From: Alteraurantiacibacter sp.
GTDB lineage: Bacteria > Pseudomonadota > Alphaproteobacteria > Sphingomonadales > Sphingomonadaceae
Direction of reading: 5' to 3'
Length of the DNA: 64,000 nucleotides
Assembly: GCA_965213545.1 (NCBI GenBank)
Contig: CBDBZL010000002.1
Span: 268,855-332,854 of the forward strand
The translations under genes and the position numbers were made by a program. Below are positions 20,307 through 32,691 of this stretch, piece by piece. Within the stretch, counting starts at the first letter, position 1, and each line of letters opens with the position of its first letter. The notes below the pieces were generated by a model. That model did not search any database. It had not been told where the DNA came from and worked only from the letters and a program-made list of their open reading frames with translations.

Positions 20307-21350
20307 GTGAGCGTTGATCGGCAAAAGGCGCTCGACGCAGCGCTGGCGCAGATAGACCGGGCGTTCGGCAAGGGCTCGGCGATGAAGCTGGGCAGCCGCG
20401 AGGCGATCAATATCGAGTCGATATCTACCGGTTCGCTCGGGCTTGATATCGCGCTGGGGATCGGCGGATTGCCGCGCGGCCGGGTGATCGAGATCTATGG
20501 CCCCGAAAGTTCGGGCAAGACAACGCTGGCGCTGCACGTCATCGCCGAGGCTCAGCGGGGCGGCGGCACCGCGGCCTTTGTCGATGCCGAACATGCGCTC
20601 GATCCGGCCTACGCGAAAAAACTGGGCGTCGATATCGACGAGCTCATCGTCTCGCAGCCCGACACCGGCGAGCAGGCGCTGGAGATTGCCGATACCCTGG
20701 TGCGCTCGAACGCCATCGATGTGCTGGTGGTCGATTCGGTCGCCGCGCTGGTGCCGCGCGCCGAGATCGAAGGTGAAATGGGCGATTCGCATGTCGGCCT
20801 GCAGGCGCGGCTGATGAGCCAGTCGCTCAGGAAGCTCACCGGTTCGATCAGCCGCTCCAAATGCATGGTCATCTTCATCAACCAGCTGCGGATGAAGATC
20901 GGCGTGATGTACGGCAATCCCGAAACCACCACCGGGGGCAACGCGCTCAAGTTCTACGCCAGTGTCCGGCTCGACATCCGCCGCACGGGCCAGATCAAGG
21001 ATCGTGACGAGATCATCGGCAACTCGACCAGGGTGAAGGTCGTCAAGAACAAGGTCGCACCGCCGTTCAAGCAGGTCGAGTTCGATATCATGTACGGCCA
21101 GGGTATCTCCAAGCTGGGCGAAATCATCGATCTAGGGGTCAAGGCCGGGCTGGTCGAGAAATCGGGTTCGTGGTTCAGTTACGACAGCATCCGGATCGGT
21201 CAGGGCCGCGAGAATGCCAAGCAATACCTGAGGGATAACCCCGAAACCAGCGACAAGCTCGAAACCGCGATCCGCCGCCGGACCGACGAGGTGGCCGAGG
21301 AAATGATGACCGGACCCGAAGGCGCCGAGGATATGGACGGCGAGGATTGA
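20307..21350 (+). CDS. recA: Recombinase RecA
   Basis: [18 protein letters not shown], Walker [19 protein letters not shown]. Confidence 0.97.
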   Translation: MSVDRQKALDAALAQIDRAFGKGSAMKLGSREAINIESISTGSLGLDIALGIGGLPRGRVIEIYGPESSGKTTLALHVIAEAQRGGGTAAFVDAEHALDPAYAKKLGVDIDELIVSQPDTGEQALEIADTLVRSNAIDVLVVDSVAALVPRAEIEGEMGDSHVGLQARLMSQSLRKLTGSISRSKCMVIFINQLRMKIGVMYGNPETTTGGNALKFYASVRLDIRRTGQIKDRDEIIGNSTRVKVVKNKVAPPFKQVEFDIMYGQGISKLGEIIDLGVKAGLVEKSGSWFSYDSIRIGQGRENAKQYLRDNPETSDKLETAIRRRTDEVAEEMMTGPEGAEDMDGED

Positions 21351-21526
21351 GCGGTTATAGCCTGTTGTTGCATGAGATGTCTTCGATCTACCGCGTACAT
21401 ATGACTTAGACGTGTTAAGATAGTCTAAACAGCTAACTAGGCATTGATACTTGTCCTGTAATAGCACATGTCTTCGTTTGTTGGTGGCTGCGTTCTTTCT
21501 ATATTAACTAATCGGCCTTAATGGCT

Positions 21527-21548
21527 CCCCATGTTTCATGACATGGGG
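21527..21548 (+). other. Perfect 8-bp stem-loop (CCCCATGT-ttcatg-ACATGGGG) ending 5 nt before the GTG start at 21554
   Basis: Read directly. The 3' arm contains the only G-run that could act as a Shine-Dalgarno for the downstream ORF. Confidence 0.3.
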
Positions 21549-21553
21549 CAGAA

Positions 21554-22087
21554 GTGAGCTATAAAAGCGTCTTGATCGCCAGCATCGCAGGCTGTTTGCT
21601 CGGCGGTTGCGCGACGATCGTCAACGGCACCAGTCAGGATTACCAGATCAGGTCCGATCCCGAAGGCGCGGTCGCGACGCTCTCCAACGGCCAGTCTTGC
21701 ACAACCCCTTGCGAAATATCGCTCAAGCGGCGCCACGACCAGCGGGTCGATTTCGAGCTCGACGGATACCAGTCATCTTACGTGCTCGTGCAAAGCCGGA
21801 CGGGCGGGGCATTCGCCGGCAACCTGTTGGCAACCGGCATCATCGGTGGGGCGATCGACGGCGCAAATGGTGCAAGCAATCATCTGTATCCCCGCCCGCT
21901 GACCATTCGCCTGGTACCCAACGGCGGTGCGGGCGAGGCAGTGCTGCTCGATCAGAAAGGCGCCGAACTCGCCACAGTTGCTGCGCATAACGCCAAGGTT
22001 CGCGACGATCTGCGCGAATCGCTGGGTGCCGATGCCGTCGGAGATAACGAGCCGAGCGAGGCCACGGCAAGACCCGGCACGCGCTGA
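21554..22087 (+). CDS. PEGA-domain lipoprotein
   Basis: Lipobox IAGCLLGGC; literal PEGA motif (IRSDPEGAVATLSNGQSCTTPCEISL). Confidence 0.6.
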   Translation: MSYKSVLIASIAGCLLGGCATIVNGTSQDYQIRSDPEGAVATLSNGQSCTTPCEISLKRRHDQRVDFELDGYQSSYVLVQSRTGGAFAGNLLATGIIGGAIDGANGASNHLYPRPLTIRLVPNGGAGEAVLLDQKGAELATVAAHNAKVRDDLRESLGADAVGDNEPSEATARPGTR

Positions 22088-22255
22088 CGGGAACAGGGGC
22101 GAGCGACCGCTGGGCAATACCTTCGATTGATCGTGTCGTTCGGGGCATTATGAGACCTTAGCTGGGGCGGGTCAGCGCGGTGTCTCCCCGTTCCGTGGCA
22201 CCGGCACCCGCTTGCCGCGCTTGTCGCTAGGGTGCGGACTGACTAACTCGGCACG

Positions 22256-24928
<2,673 letters not shown>

Positions 24929-25010
24929 GGCCGCTGTCACCCTTGCGGCCGCGCCGGGCGCGCGCCATAGCAAGACGCGCACCCCACCCATTGCGAAAGC
25001 GCCTGATCCG

Positions 25011-25250
25011 ATGAAGGTCCGCATTCATGTCAGCCTGAAACCCGGCGTGCTCGATCCGCAGGGGCGCGCGGTGCATCATGCGCTCGAAGGACTGGGCTTT
25101 TATGGGGTGAATGATGTGCGGATCGGCCGGCTGATCGAACTCGACGTCGATGCAGACACCACCCCCAATGCGCTCGATGCGATGTGTCGCAAGCTGCTCG
25201 CCAACCTGGTCATCGAGGATTACCGCATCGAGCCGGTCGGGAACAGCTGA
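25011..25250 (+). CDS. purS: Phosphoribosylformylglycinamidine synthase subunit PurS
   Basis: [21 protein letters not shown]; 79 aa; stop overlaps the purQ start. Confidence 0.9.
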   Translation: MKVRIHVSLKPGVLDPQGRAVHHALEGLGFYGVNDVRIGRLIELDVDADTTPNALDAMCRKLLANLVIEDYRIEPVGNS

Positions 25251-25927
25251 TGGCGTTTCGCGCCGCCGTCGTCACGCTGCCCGGGTCCAACTGCGACCGC
25301 GATCTCGCCGTGGCCCTAAAAAAGGTGACCGGCGCGGCTGCGATCAGGGTCTGGCACCGGGACGCTGAACTGCCCGACCGGATCGATCTGGTCGCCCTGC
25401 CCGGCGGCTTTTCCTATGGCGACTACCTGCGCGCCGGCGCGATGGCCGCGGTCAGTCCCATTATGAACGCGGTGAAACGGGCGGCCGAGCGCGGAGTGGC
25501 GGTGGTGGGTATCTGCAACGGCTTTCAGGTGTTGACCGAGGCCAGGCTGCTCCCCGGCGCGTTGATGCGCAATGCGGGGCAGGACTTCATCTGTCGCACC
25601 GCGGCGCTGCGGGTGGAGAACACTCGGTCGCTGTTCACCTCGCGATATGATGCAGCGCGCCCGATCCATCTTCCGCTGGCGCATCATGACGGCAATTACT
25701 TCGCCGATAAGCAAACGCTCGACCGGCTCGAGGGTGATGGCCGGGTGGCGTTTCGCTATCTGGAAACGGGCAACGGCTCGCAGCGCGATATCGCCGGCAT
25801 CCTCAATGAACGCGGCAACGTGCTGGGAATGATGCCGCATCCCGAACGCGCGGTCGAAGCCGAACATGGCGGAACCGATGGGCGGGCGCTGTTCGAAGGC
25901 GTGATCGCCAGCCTGGTCTCGGCTTAA
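25250..25927 (+). CDS. purQ: Phosphoribosylformylglycinamidine synthase glutaminase subunit PurQ
   Basis: [41 protein letters not shown]. Confidence 0.92.
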   Translation: MAFRAAVVTLPGSNCDRDLAVALKKVTGAAAIRVWHRDAELPDRIDLVALPGGFSYGDYLRAGAMAAVSPIMNAVKRAAERGVAVVGICNGFQVLTEARLLPGALMRNAGQDFICRTAALRVENTRSLFTSRYDAARPIHLPLAHHDGNYFADKQTLDRLEGDGRVAFRYLETGNGSQRDIAGILNERGNVLGMMPHPERAVEAEHGGTDGRALFEGVIASLVSA

Positions 25928-26034
25928 GGGACAGGCCCCGATCGCTTCTGGGTGACCGTGTCGTTAAAGTTGGCAAGGATGTGCGCGGAACCTTCGCTTC
26001 GCCACCCCCCGTGGCAATCCTGGCGCGCGTGACC

Positions 26035-27246
26035 CTAACCCGATCCCTGCCTGACCAGGGCCGCCACGCCGGGAAGGTCCTTGCCCTCCATCCATTCCAG
26101 GAACGCGCCGCCCGCGGTGGAGACGAAAGTGAAGTCCTCGATCACCCCTGCCATCGCCAGTGCCGCCACGGTATCGCCGCCGCCCGCCACCGACACCAGC
26201 GATCCCTCCTGCGTCAAGGCGGCAGCCGTGCGCGCCAGCGCCACCGTCGCGGTCTCGAACGGCGGTGTTTCGAAGGCGCCCAGCGGCCCGTTCCACACCA
26301 CGGTTCGGCAGGTCTTGAGCACGTCGGCCAGCGCCTCGGTCGCCTGCGGGCCGATGTCCAGGATCATCTCGTCGGCCGCCACCTCATGCACATTGCAGGT
26401 GCGCAAGGAGGCGGGATTGGCGGCGAATTCCTTTGCCACCACAACATCATAAGGCAGGTGGATGGTGGAGCCTGCATGCTCGGCGGCCTGGATGATGTCC
26501 TCCGCTTGCGCGGTAAGTTCATGCTCGGCGAGCGAGCGGCCGATCGGCACACCGCGCGCGGCGAGGAAGGTGTTGGCCATTCCCCCGCCAATCACCAGGT
26601 GCGCCACCTTGCCGGCCAGATGACCGAGCACCTCGAGCTTGGTCGAGACCTTTGCTCCGCCGACCACCGCGCATACCGGCGGCTCCGGACTGCCGAGCGC
26701 CTTGTCGAGCGCCTCGAGTTCGGCCTGCATCGCGCGACCGGCATAGGCGGGCAGAAGCTGCGCCAGTCCCACGGTGGAGGCATGTGCGCGGTGTGCGGCG
26801 GAGAAGGCATCGTTGACGTAGAAATCGCCATGTTCCGCGATGGCTGCGGTGAACGCGGGGTCGTTGGCCTTCTCGCCGGGCCAGAAGCGGGTGTTCTCCA
26901 GCAGCCCGATATCCCCGCCCTGCATGATGGCGAGCGACTGGGCCACCACCGGTCCCGAGACCTCGGAGATGAACATCACCTCGCGCCCGAGCACGCGCTC
27001 GACATCGCCCTGAATGATGCTGGTCGACATGGTCGAATTGCGCTGCCCCTTGGGCCGACCGAAATGCGCGAGCAGCAGCACCTTGGCTCCCGCGTCGGCC
27101 AGTTCCAGAATGGTCGGCGCGACCGCCTGCACGCGCGTCAGGTCGCTGGCCTGGCCTTCATCCATCGGCAGGTTCAGGTCGACCCGCAGCAAGGCGACCT
27201 TGCCGGCGATGTCGTAAAGATCATTCAGTGTCTTGAACGCAGCCAT
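26035..27246 (-). CDS. pgk: Phosphoglycerate kinase
   Basis: ATG at 27246. VALLRVDLNLPM, LLAHFGRPKG, FYVNDAFSAAHRAHAS, VVWNGPLGAFE. Confidence 0.95.
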   Translation of the reverse strand: MAAFKTLNDLYDIAGKVALLRVDLNLPMDEGQASDLTRVQAVAPTILELADAGAKVLLLAHFGRPKGQRNSTMSTSIIQGDVERVLGREVMFISEVSGPVVAQSLAIMQGGDIGLLENTRFWPGEKANDPAFTAAIAEHGDFYVNDAFSAAHRAHASTVGLAQLLPAYAGRAMQAELEALDKALGSPEPPVCAVVGGAKVSTKLEVLGHLAGKVAHLVIGGGMANTFLAARGVPIGRSLAEHELTAQAEDIIQAAEHAGSTIHLPYDVVVAKEFAANPASLRTCNVHEVAADEMILDIGPQATEALADVLKTCRTVVWNGPLGAFETPPFETATVALARTAAALTQEGSLVSVAGGGDTVAALAMAGVIEDFTFVSTAGGAFLEWMEGKDLPGVAALVRQGSG

Positions 27247-27338
27247 CGAGCTCTCCCTGGGTCCGACCTTGGATACGGCGCCCCTCTTGCCCGCTCCGCC
27301 GCCATCCGCAAGCGCGTGATGCGGCAATGGGCATGCTG

Positions 27339-27875
27339 TCACGCGCCGGCGATCGCGATAGTGTCACCGATGGCGATCTCACCGGGGACCAGCACCCGGG
27401 CACGCACGCCGCCGCGCCAGTCGGGGGTGAGCACCGCGCGCAGGCCCGGGGAAACCTCATCCATCCGCCGACACGGTTCGCATTCCATGCTCACTTCGAG
27501 CAGCACCTCCTTGCCCACCGCCAGCACCGTACCGGCGGCGCGGGGCAGGCGCAGGCTTTCAACCAGCAGGTTGGCGCGCCGCTTCCACCAGGGTTCGTCG
27601 GCACCGATCTGGGCCATCGCCGCGCGCCAGCTATCCATTTCGATCAACGTCACCGCATAGCCCGGCCGCCGCTTGCGCTGGGCGAGCGCGCCGCGAAAAT
27701 CCCCCTCGACACCTGCCTCCAGCGAGATCGCGGCGCGTTTGGGAAGGACGATGTCGCCGCGCGAAACGGCACGGATGGCGATCCCGCCGAGCCGCCCCGC
27801 CTCGACCTCGCCCGACTTCAGATCAGCCTCGCCATCGCCTGTGCGGTGTCGATCATCCGATTGGAAAAGCCCCAC
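27339..27875 (-). CDS. MOSC domain-containing protein
   Basis: GVEGDFRG, VTLIEMDSW, MECEPCRRMD. The only canonical in-frame start (ATG 27875) lies 58 nt inside the gap coding region. Confidence 0.65.
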   Translation of the reverse strand: MGLFQSDDRHRTGDGEADLKSGEVEAGRLGGIAIRAVSRGDIVLPKRAAISLEAGVEGDFRGALAQRKRRPGYAVTLIEMDSWRAAMAQIGADEPWWKRRANLLVESLRLPRAAGTVLAVGKEVLLEVSMECEPCRRMDEVSPGLRAVLTPDWRGGVRARVLVPGEIAIGDTIAIAGA

Positions 27876-28825
27876 TCGTTGTCATACCATGAAACGACGC
27901 GCGCCAGCTTGCCTTCGAGCACCGCGGTTTCCTGCGAATCCACGGTGGAACTGGCTGGCTGGTGATTGAAGTCGGAACTGACCAGCGGCTTGTCGGTGTA
28001 GTCCAGCACGCCCTTCATCGGCCCGGTGGCGGCAGCCTTGAGCGCCTTGTTGATCTCCTCGACCGTGGTGTCGCGCGAGGGTGTGAAGACCAGGTCGACC
28101 AGCGAGACGTTGGGCGTGGGCACACGCACGGAGGATCCGTCGAGCTTTCCCTTGAGATCGGGCAGCACCAGCCCAACCGCCCGCGCCGCGCCGGTGGTGG
28201 TGGGGATCATGTTGAGCGCCCCCGCCCTTGCCCGCCGGGGGTCCTTGTGGATCTGATCGAGTATGCGCTGATCATTGGTATAGGAATGGATGGTGGTCAT
28301 GAAACCGCGCTCTATCCCCACCGCCTGATGCAACACCTTGGCCACCGGCGCGAGGCAGTTAGTGGTGCAGCTGGCGTTCGAGACGATGACGTCATCGGCG
28401 GTCAGCGTGTCGTGATTGACGCCATAGACGATGGTCGCGGTCACTTCCTTGGCGGGGGCGGAAATCAGCACCCGCTTGGCACCCGCACTAAGATGCGGCG
28501 CGGCCTCGGAATGGGACTGGAAGAAGCCGGTACATTCCAGCACGAGTTCGACGCCCATCTGCTTGTGCGGCAGCTTGCCGGGCTCACGCTCGCTGGTCAC
28601 CGCGATCCGCCGGCCGTTGATTTCCAGACTGCCGTCCTTCGCCTGCACCGAGCCGGGGAAGCGTCCATGGATCGAATCGAAGCCGAACAGCAATGCGTTG
28701 GCCTCGGCGTCGGCCAGGTCGTTGATGGCGACAAGCTCGAGATCGTGGTCGGTCCGCTCGAGGATCGCGCGCGCGACCAACCGCCCGATGCGTCCGAACC
28801 CGTTGATCGAAACCTTGGTAGCCAC
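27818..28825 (-). CDS. gap: Glyceraldehyde-3-phosphate dehydrogenase
   Basis: INGFGRIGRLVAR, SNASCTTNCLAP, WYDNEWGFSNR. Confidence 0.95.
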   Translation of the reverse strand: MATKVSINGFGRIGRLVARAILERTDHDLELVAINDLADAEANALLFGFDSIHGRFPGSVQAKDGSLEINGRRIAVTSEREPGKLPHKQMGVELVLECTGFFQSHSEAAPHLSAGAKRVLISAPAKEVTATIVYGVNHDTLTADDVIVSNASCTTNCLAPVAKVLHQAVGIERGFMTTIHSYTNDQRILDQIHKDPRRARAGALNMIPTTTGAARAVGLVLPDLKGKLDGSSVRVPTPNVSLVDLVFTPSRDTTVEEINKALKAAATGPMKGVLDYTDKPLVSSDFNHQPASSTVDSQETAVLEGKLARVVSWYDNEWGFSNRMIDTAQAMARLI

Positions 28826-28844
28826 TGACCGGAACTCCTTGTTA

Positions 28845-30830
28845 TTACCTAATCTTTTCCATGATTCGGGGCAGCACAGCTTCGACCGTGAAGCCGAAAT
28901 GCTGCATCAGATCATCCCCGGGGGCCGAAGCGCCGAAACGATCGATCCCGACACAAAGACCATCGGCGCGCGTGTACCGTTCCCAGCCAAGCGTGGCCCC
29001 TGCTTCGAACGAGACCCGCAGGATCTTGCCCGGCGGACCGTCGGGCAGCAGATCGGCGCGGTAGGCTGCATCCTGCTCGTCGAACAGTTCCCAGCAGGGC
29101 ATCGATACCACATCGGCGCCGATATGCTGCTTCTCGAGCGCGTCGGCCACCGCAACGGCCAGCGCCACCTCCGAGCCCGTGGCGATAAGGATGACCCGGC
29201 GTGCCGCTTTAGCCGCGCGCAGGCGATAGGCCCCTTTCGCGCTAAGATTGCCGCTCGCATCGTCGCGCAGCGCCGGGACGTTCTGCCTGGTCAGCGCGAG
29301 CACGGTGGGGCGCCCGGTCTGCGCCAGCGCAAGCTCCCAGCATTCGGCGGTCTCCAGCGCGTCCGCGGGACGCATCACCAGCAAATTGGGGATCGCCCGA
29401 AGCGAAGCGAGGTGCTCGATCGGCTGATGGGTGGGTCCATCCTCGCCCAACCCGATCGAATCATGCGTCATGACATAGATCGCACGCACCTGCTGAAGCG
29501 CCGACAGACGGATAGCGGGCCGGCAATAATCCGAGAAGATGAGGAACGTGCCGCCATAGGGGATGACCCCGCCATGCAGCGCCATGCCGTTCATGGCCGC
29601 GCCCATCCCGAATTCGCGGATGCCGTAGTAGATATAGCGGCCGGCGTAATCCTGTGCGGTGAGCGGCGTGGTGGATGGGGTCTTGGTGTTGTTCGAGCCG
29701 GTGAGGTCGGCCGAGCCGCCGATAAGCGCAGGGATGCTTTGCGTCAGCACCGCCAGCGCCGCCTCGCTCGCCTTGCGCGTCGCCATGGTGGGCTTGGTGG
29801 TGGCAAGATCGCGCTTGTAGTCGGCGAAGTCGGCAAGATCGGGCAGATCGCCCGCCAACCGCGCAGAGAACTCGTACCGGCGGTCATCCGCCGCCAGCCG
29901 GTCCTGCCACTGGCCATGCGCGGCCCGTCCGCGCTCGCCCGTTGCGCGCCAGTCGTCCAGCACGTCTGCGGGAATGTCGAAGGCTGGATGGTGCCAACCC
30001 AGCGCCTTGCGCGCGGCGGCCACTTCGGCCTCGCCCAAGGCGGCGCCGTGCGTGGCCGCGGTGCCCTGCTTGCCCGGCGAACCCTTGCCGATCACCGTGC
30101 GGCAGGCGATCAGCGAGGGGCGCGGGTCGGCCAGCGCCTCGTCGAGCGCACGGCGCACATCATCGGCGTCGTGGCCATTGCATCGCGAGGTATGCCAGCC
30201 GGCGGCGGCATGGCGCGCAAGCACGTCCTCGCTGGTGGAAAGATCGGTCGCGCCGTCGATGGTGATCCGGTTGTCGTCCCACAATACGTTGAGACGCCCT
30301 AGCTGGAGATGGCCCGCCAGGCCGACAGCCTCATGATTGACCCCTTCCATCAGGCAGCCATCACCCGCGATTGACCAGGTGCGATGGTCGACCAGCGCGT
30401 CACCGAACTCGGCATTGAGATGGCGCTCGGCGATCGCCATCCCCACGGCCATCGCCAGGCCCTGTCCCAGTGGACCGGTGGTCGCCTCGACACCGTCGAG
30501 CAGGAAATTTTCTGGATGGCCCGCACATAACGAACCCAGCTGACGGAAACCGCGAATATCGTCCATTGTCGGGCGCGCATAACCGGTCAAATGGAGCAGC
30601 GCGTAGATCAGCATCGAGCCGTGACCGGCCGAAAGCACGAACCGGTCGCGGTCGGGCCAGTCGGGCGCGGCGGGGTCGAACTTGAGATATTCGCCCCACA
30701 GCACGCTGGCCGCATCGGCCATTCCCATCGGCATTCCCGGGTGGCCCGAATTGGCCGCCTCCACCGCGTCCATTGCCAACGCGCGGATTGCATTGGCCAT
30801 CCGCGCGAGGCGATCGGGGGCAAGGCTCAT
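28845..30830 (-). CDS. tkt: Transketolase
   Basis: NSGHPGMPMGMAD, DRFVLSAGHGSMLIY, GDGCLMEG, THDSIGLGEDGPTHQPIE. Confidence 0.95.
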   Translation of the reverse strand: MSLAPDRLARMANAIRALAMDAVEAANSGHPGMPMGMADAASVLWGEYLKFDPAAPDWPDRDRFVLSAGHGSMLIYALLHLTGYARPTMDDIRGFRQLGSLCAGHPENFLLDGVEATTGPLGQGLAMAVGMAIAERHLNAEFGDALVDHRTWSIAGDGCLMEGVNHEAVGLAGHLQLGRLNVLWDDNRITIDGATDLSTSEDVLARHAAAGWHTSRCNGHDADDVRRALDEALADPRPSLIACRTVIGKGSPGKQGTAATHGAALGEAEVAAARKALGWHHPAFDIPADVLDDWRATGERGRAAHGQWQDRLAADDRRYEFSARLAGDLPDLADFADYKRDLATTKPTMATRKASEAALAVLTQSIPALIGGSADLTGSNNTKTPSTTPLTAQDYAGRYIYYGIREFGMGAAMNGMALHGGVIPYGGTFLIFSDYCRPAIRLSALQQVRAIYVMTHDSIGLGEDGPTHQPIEHLASLRAIPNLLVMRPADALETAECWELALAQTGRPTVLALTRQNVPALRDDASGNLSAKGAYRLRAAKAARRVILIATGSEVALAVAVADALEKQHIGADVVSMPCWELFDEQDAAYRADLLPDGPPGKILRVSFEAGATLGWERYTRADGLCVGIDRFGASAPGDDLMQHFGFTVEAVLPRIMEKIR

Positions 30831-31044
30831 TGCGGGATACTCCGGGCGATAGGGCGTATGATTCGGCGCGCGCGCATCCTTTCGCCAGCCTGCCCACGCC
30901 CGTCAAGCTGGCGACCTGCGCAAGGTCGGCGTATTGGGGCAGCGTTCATCAGCGACCACTCCTGCACGCCAGGTTCGCACTTATTCGCAAGAGTTGCCGG
31001 CAAATGCTTCACCGGCCAGCGGTTTTGTGTCTTATGGCTGAGGG

Positions 31045-31236
31045 ATGGACGAGGGACGACTGGATCGTGCAATCGCGCGGATTGAAAGCGCGGCACGGCG
31101 CATCACCGCTGCCGGCGCCAACCTAGGCACCACCGCTTCGGCAAGCGAGCTGGCCGAACGCCACGAACGGTTGCGCGGCCAGGCGGCGGCGGCGCTGGAA
31201 GAACTGGACCGGCTCATTCTCGAACTCGACCGTTAG
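31045..31236 (+). CDS. DUF4164-like coiled-coil protein (usual upstream partner of zapA in Alphaproteobacteria)
   Basis: 63 aa, helical and charged (LDRAIARIESAARRI ... LEELDRLILELD); position relative to zapA. Confidence 0.55.
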   Translation: MDEGRLDRAIARIESAARRITAAGANLGTTASASELAERHERLRGQAAAALEELDRLILELDR

Positions 31237-31276
31237 ACTGGCAACGCAGATGACCCGGAAGAACGAGCGCAATGCC

Positions 31277-31603
31277 ATGAGCGATGTCACGCTGACCATC
31301 GGTGGCCGGCGCTACAAGCTGGCCTGCGCGGCGGGGGAGGAGGCGCATGTCGCCAGGCTCGGCGAAGCGGTCGATGCGCGGATCGCCGCCCTGCCCGGCA
31401 GCACGCGCCAGTCCGAAGTTCAGACGCTGCTCTATGCCAGCTTGCTGCTGGCCGACGAGCTGCATGCAGGCGAGGACCGCGCCGATCAGCCCGTGGATCA
31501 GCGGGCACCTAATGACATGGCATTCGCAGATCCGCTCGAGCAACTGGCGGATCGTCTGGAAAAGCTCGCCGAAACGCTTGAGCGCAGCGCCGCCAGTCCC
31601 TAG
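31277..31603 (+). CDS. zapA: Cell division protein ZapA
   Basis: MSDVTLTIGGRRYKLACAAGEEAHVARLGEAVD; synteny with 6S RNA and 5-FTHF cyclo-ligase. Confidence 0.75.
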   Translation: MSDVTLTIGGRRYKLACAAGEEAHVARLGEAVDARIAALPGSTRQSEVQTLLYASLLLADELHAGEDRADQPVDQRAPNDMAFADPLEQLADRLEKLAETLERSAASP

Positions 31604-31667
31604 ATGTAAACATGGCGGGACTGCCCGGTACGAGCCAATCGAATATCCCTGAGGCTATAAGCAATCC

Positions 31668-31850
31668 ATTGGGAGCTGTCCCTGCCCGCGTTTGCCGGTT
31701 CGTCCGGGAGGCATGGGCATACGGCGCCCACCTGACGTCGAGGCGTCAGAGGATTTCGCGGCGACCGACCCATGGTGGTTCCGTCACACCCGGTCGCCGT
31801 TGTGGAAGCTATGGGCAGACCATGACCATGCACCGCGGGCACGGCTCGTC
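31668..31850 (+). ncRNA. ssrS: 6S RNA (SsrS); ends approximate
   Basis: Non-coding 250-nt gap between zapA and the 5-FTHF cyclo-ligase gene, which is the conserved zapA-ssrS-ygfA arrangement. Closing stem GAGC..UGCCCGCG (31673-31689) pairs with CGCGGGCA..GCUC (31834-31847). Internal hairpins CUGACG-ucgagg-CGUCAG and GGCGACCG...CGGUCGCC. Confidence 0.65.
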
Positions 31851-31855
31851 GTGAC

Positions 31856-32443
31856 ATGACCGAGACGATCGCCGAGCAAAAGGCGCAATTGCGCAAAACC
31901 CTGCGCCGGGTACGCCGCGAGCACGTCGCCAACCTGCCCCCGGAAGTGTGCGCGCTGGTGTTCCGTACCCCGCCCTCGCCGATCCGCGACCTGATCGCGC
32001 CGGAAGCCGTGATCGGGCTCTATCACGCCACGTTGGCAGAGGCGCCCGCGTCTTCCTATGCCCAGTTCTTCCATGAGAAGGGCTATAGGATCGGGCTTCC
32101 CCGTATAGCCGGGGAAGAAGGGGAGATGGACTTTGGCCAACATAGCGATCCCTATGGGTACAGCGACCTGGAGCCTGGCCCCAGAGGCATATTGCAGCCT
32201 GGCGCTGGTGCTGCAAAGTTGGTGCCCGAAGTCCTGTTCGTTCCCGTGCTCGGCTTTACCTTCACGGGAGCCCGGCTGGGCCAGGGCGGTGGCCATTATG
32301 ATCGCTGGCTGGCTTCCCACCCCGCCAGGCTGGCGATCGGGCTTGCCTGGGACGTGCAGAGGCTCGACAGCCTGCCTCAAGAGGATCACGACATGACGCT
32401 TGGTGCTATCATCACCCCCAGCCGCCTCTACGGGCCGTTCTGA
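31856..32443 (+). CDS. 5-formyltetrahydrofolate cyclo-ligase
   Basis: KAQLRKTLRRVR..., FVPVLGFTFTGARLGQGGGHYDRWL. Confidence 0.8.
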   Translation: MTETIAEQKAQLRKTLRRVRREHVANLPPEVCALVFRTPPSPIRDLIAPEAVIGLYHATLAEAPASSYAQFFHEKGYRIGLPRIAGEEGEMDFGQHSDPYGYSDLEPGPRGILQPGAGAAKLVPEVLFVPVLGFTFTGARLGQGGGHYDRWLASHPARLAIGLAWDVQRLDSLPQEDHDMTLGAIITPSRLYGPF

Positions 32444-32682
32444 TGCGCACGCGGCCGACCTGGCGCATTCCTTTCGGGGTTTTGGCCTTGCTGATCGGCA
32501 TCATCGTCTACACGATGGGGGTGGTGCTGCTTTCGCCGCTGATCGAGCGTCTGCCGGTCTGGGCGCAAACCATCATCTATCTGGTTCTTGGAATCGTGTG
32601 GCTGTTGCCGCTGCGAGGCTTCCTGATCTGGATGGAAACAGGCCGAACCCGCCCGCCGCCGCCATCCTCGTCAGTCGAATAG
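32443..32682 (+). CDS. Small two-TM membrane protein (DUF2842-like)
   Basis: 79 aa; two hydrophobic helices; ATG overlaps the upstream stop (TGATG). Confidence 0.5.
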   Translation: MRTRPTWRIPFGVLALLIGIIVYTMGVVLLSPLIERLPVWAQTIIYLVLGIVWLLPLRGFLIWMETGRTRPPPPSSSVE

Positions 32683-32691
32683 GGCCGCGCC

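Noticed and set aside
21132-21467. 111-aa minus-strand ORF starting in the AT-rich block after recA
   Set aside because: Two thirds of it is antisense to the recA 3' end. It has no RBS and no protein-like features. The AT-rich block is reported as a non-coding curiosity instead.
25981-27660. 559-aa plus-strand ORF
   Set aside because: Antisense shadow of pgk and the MOSC gene.
28431-30302. 623-aa plus-strand ORF
   Set aside because: Antisense shadow of gap and tkt.
31612-31854. 80-aa ORF between zapA and the cyclo-ligase gene
   Set aside because: It coincides with the predicted 6S RNA. The translation is Arg/Gly/Ser-rich with no start context.
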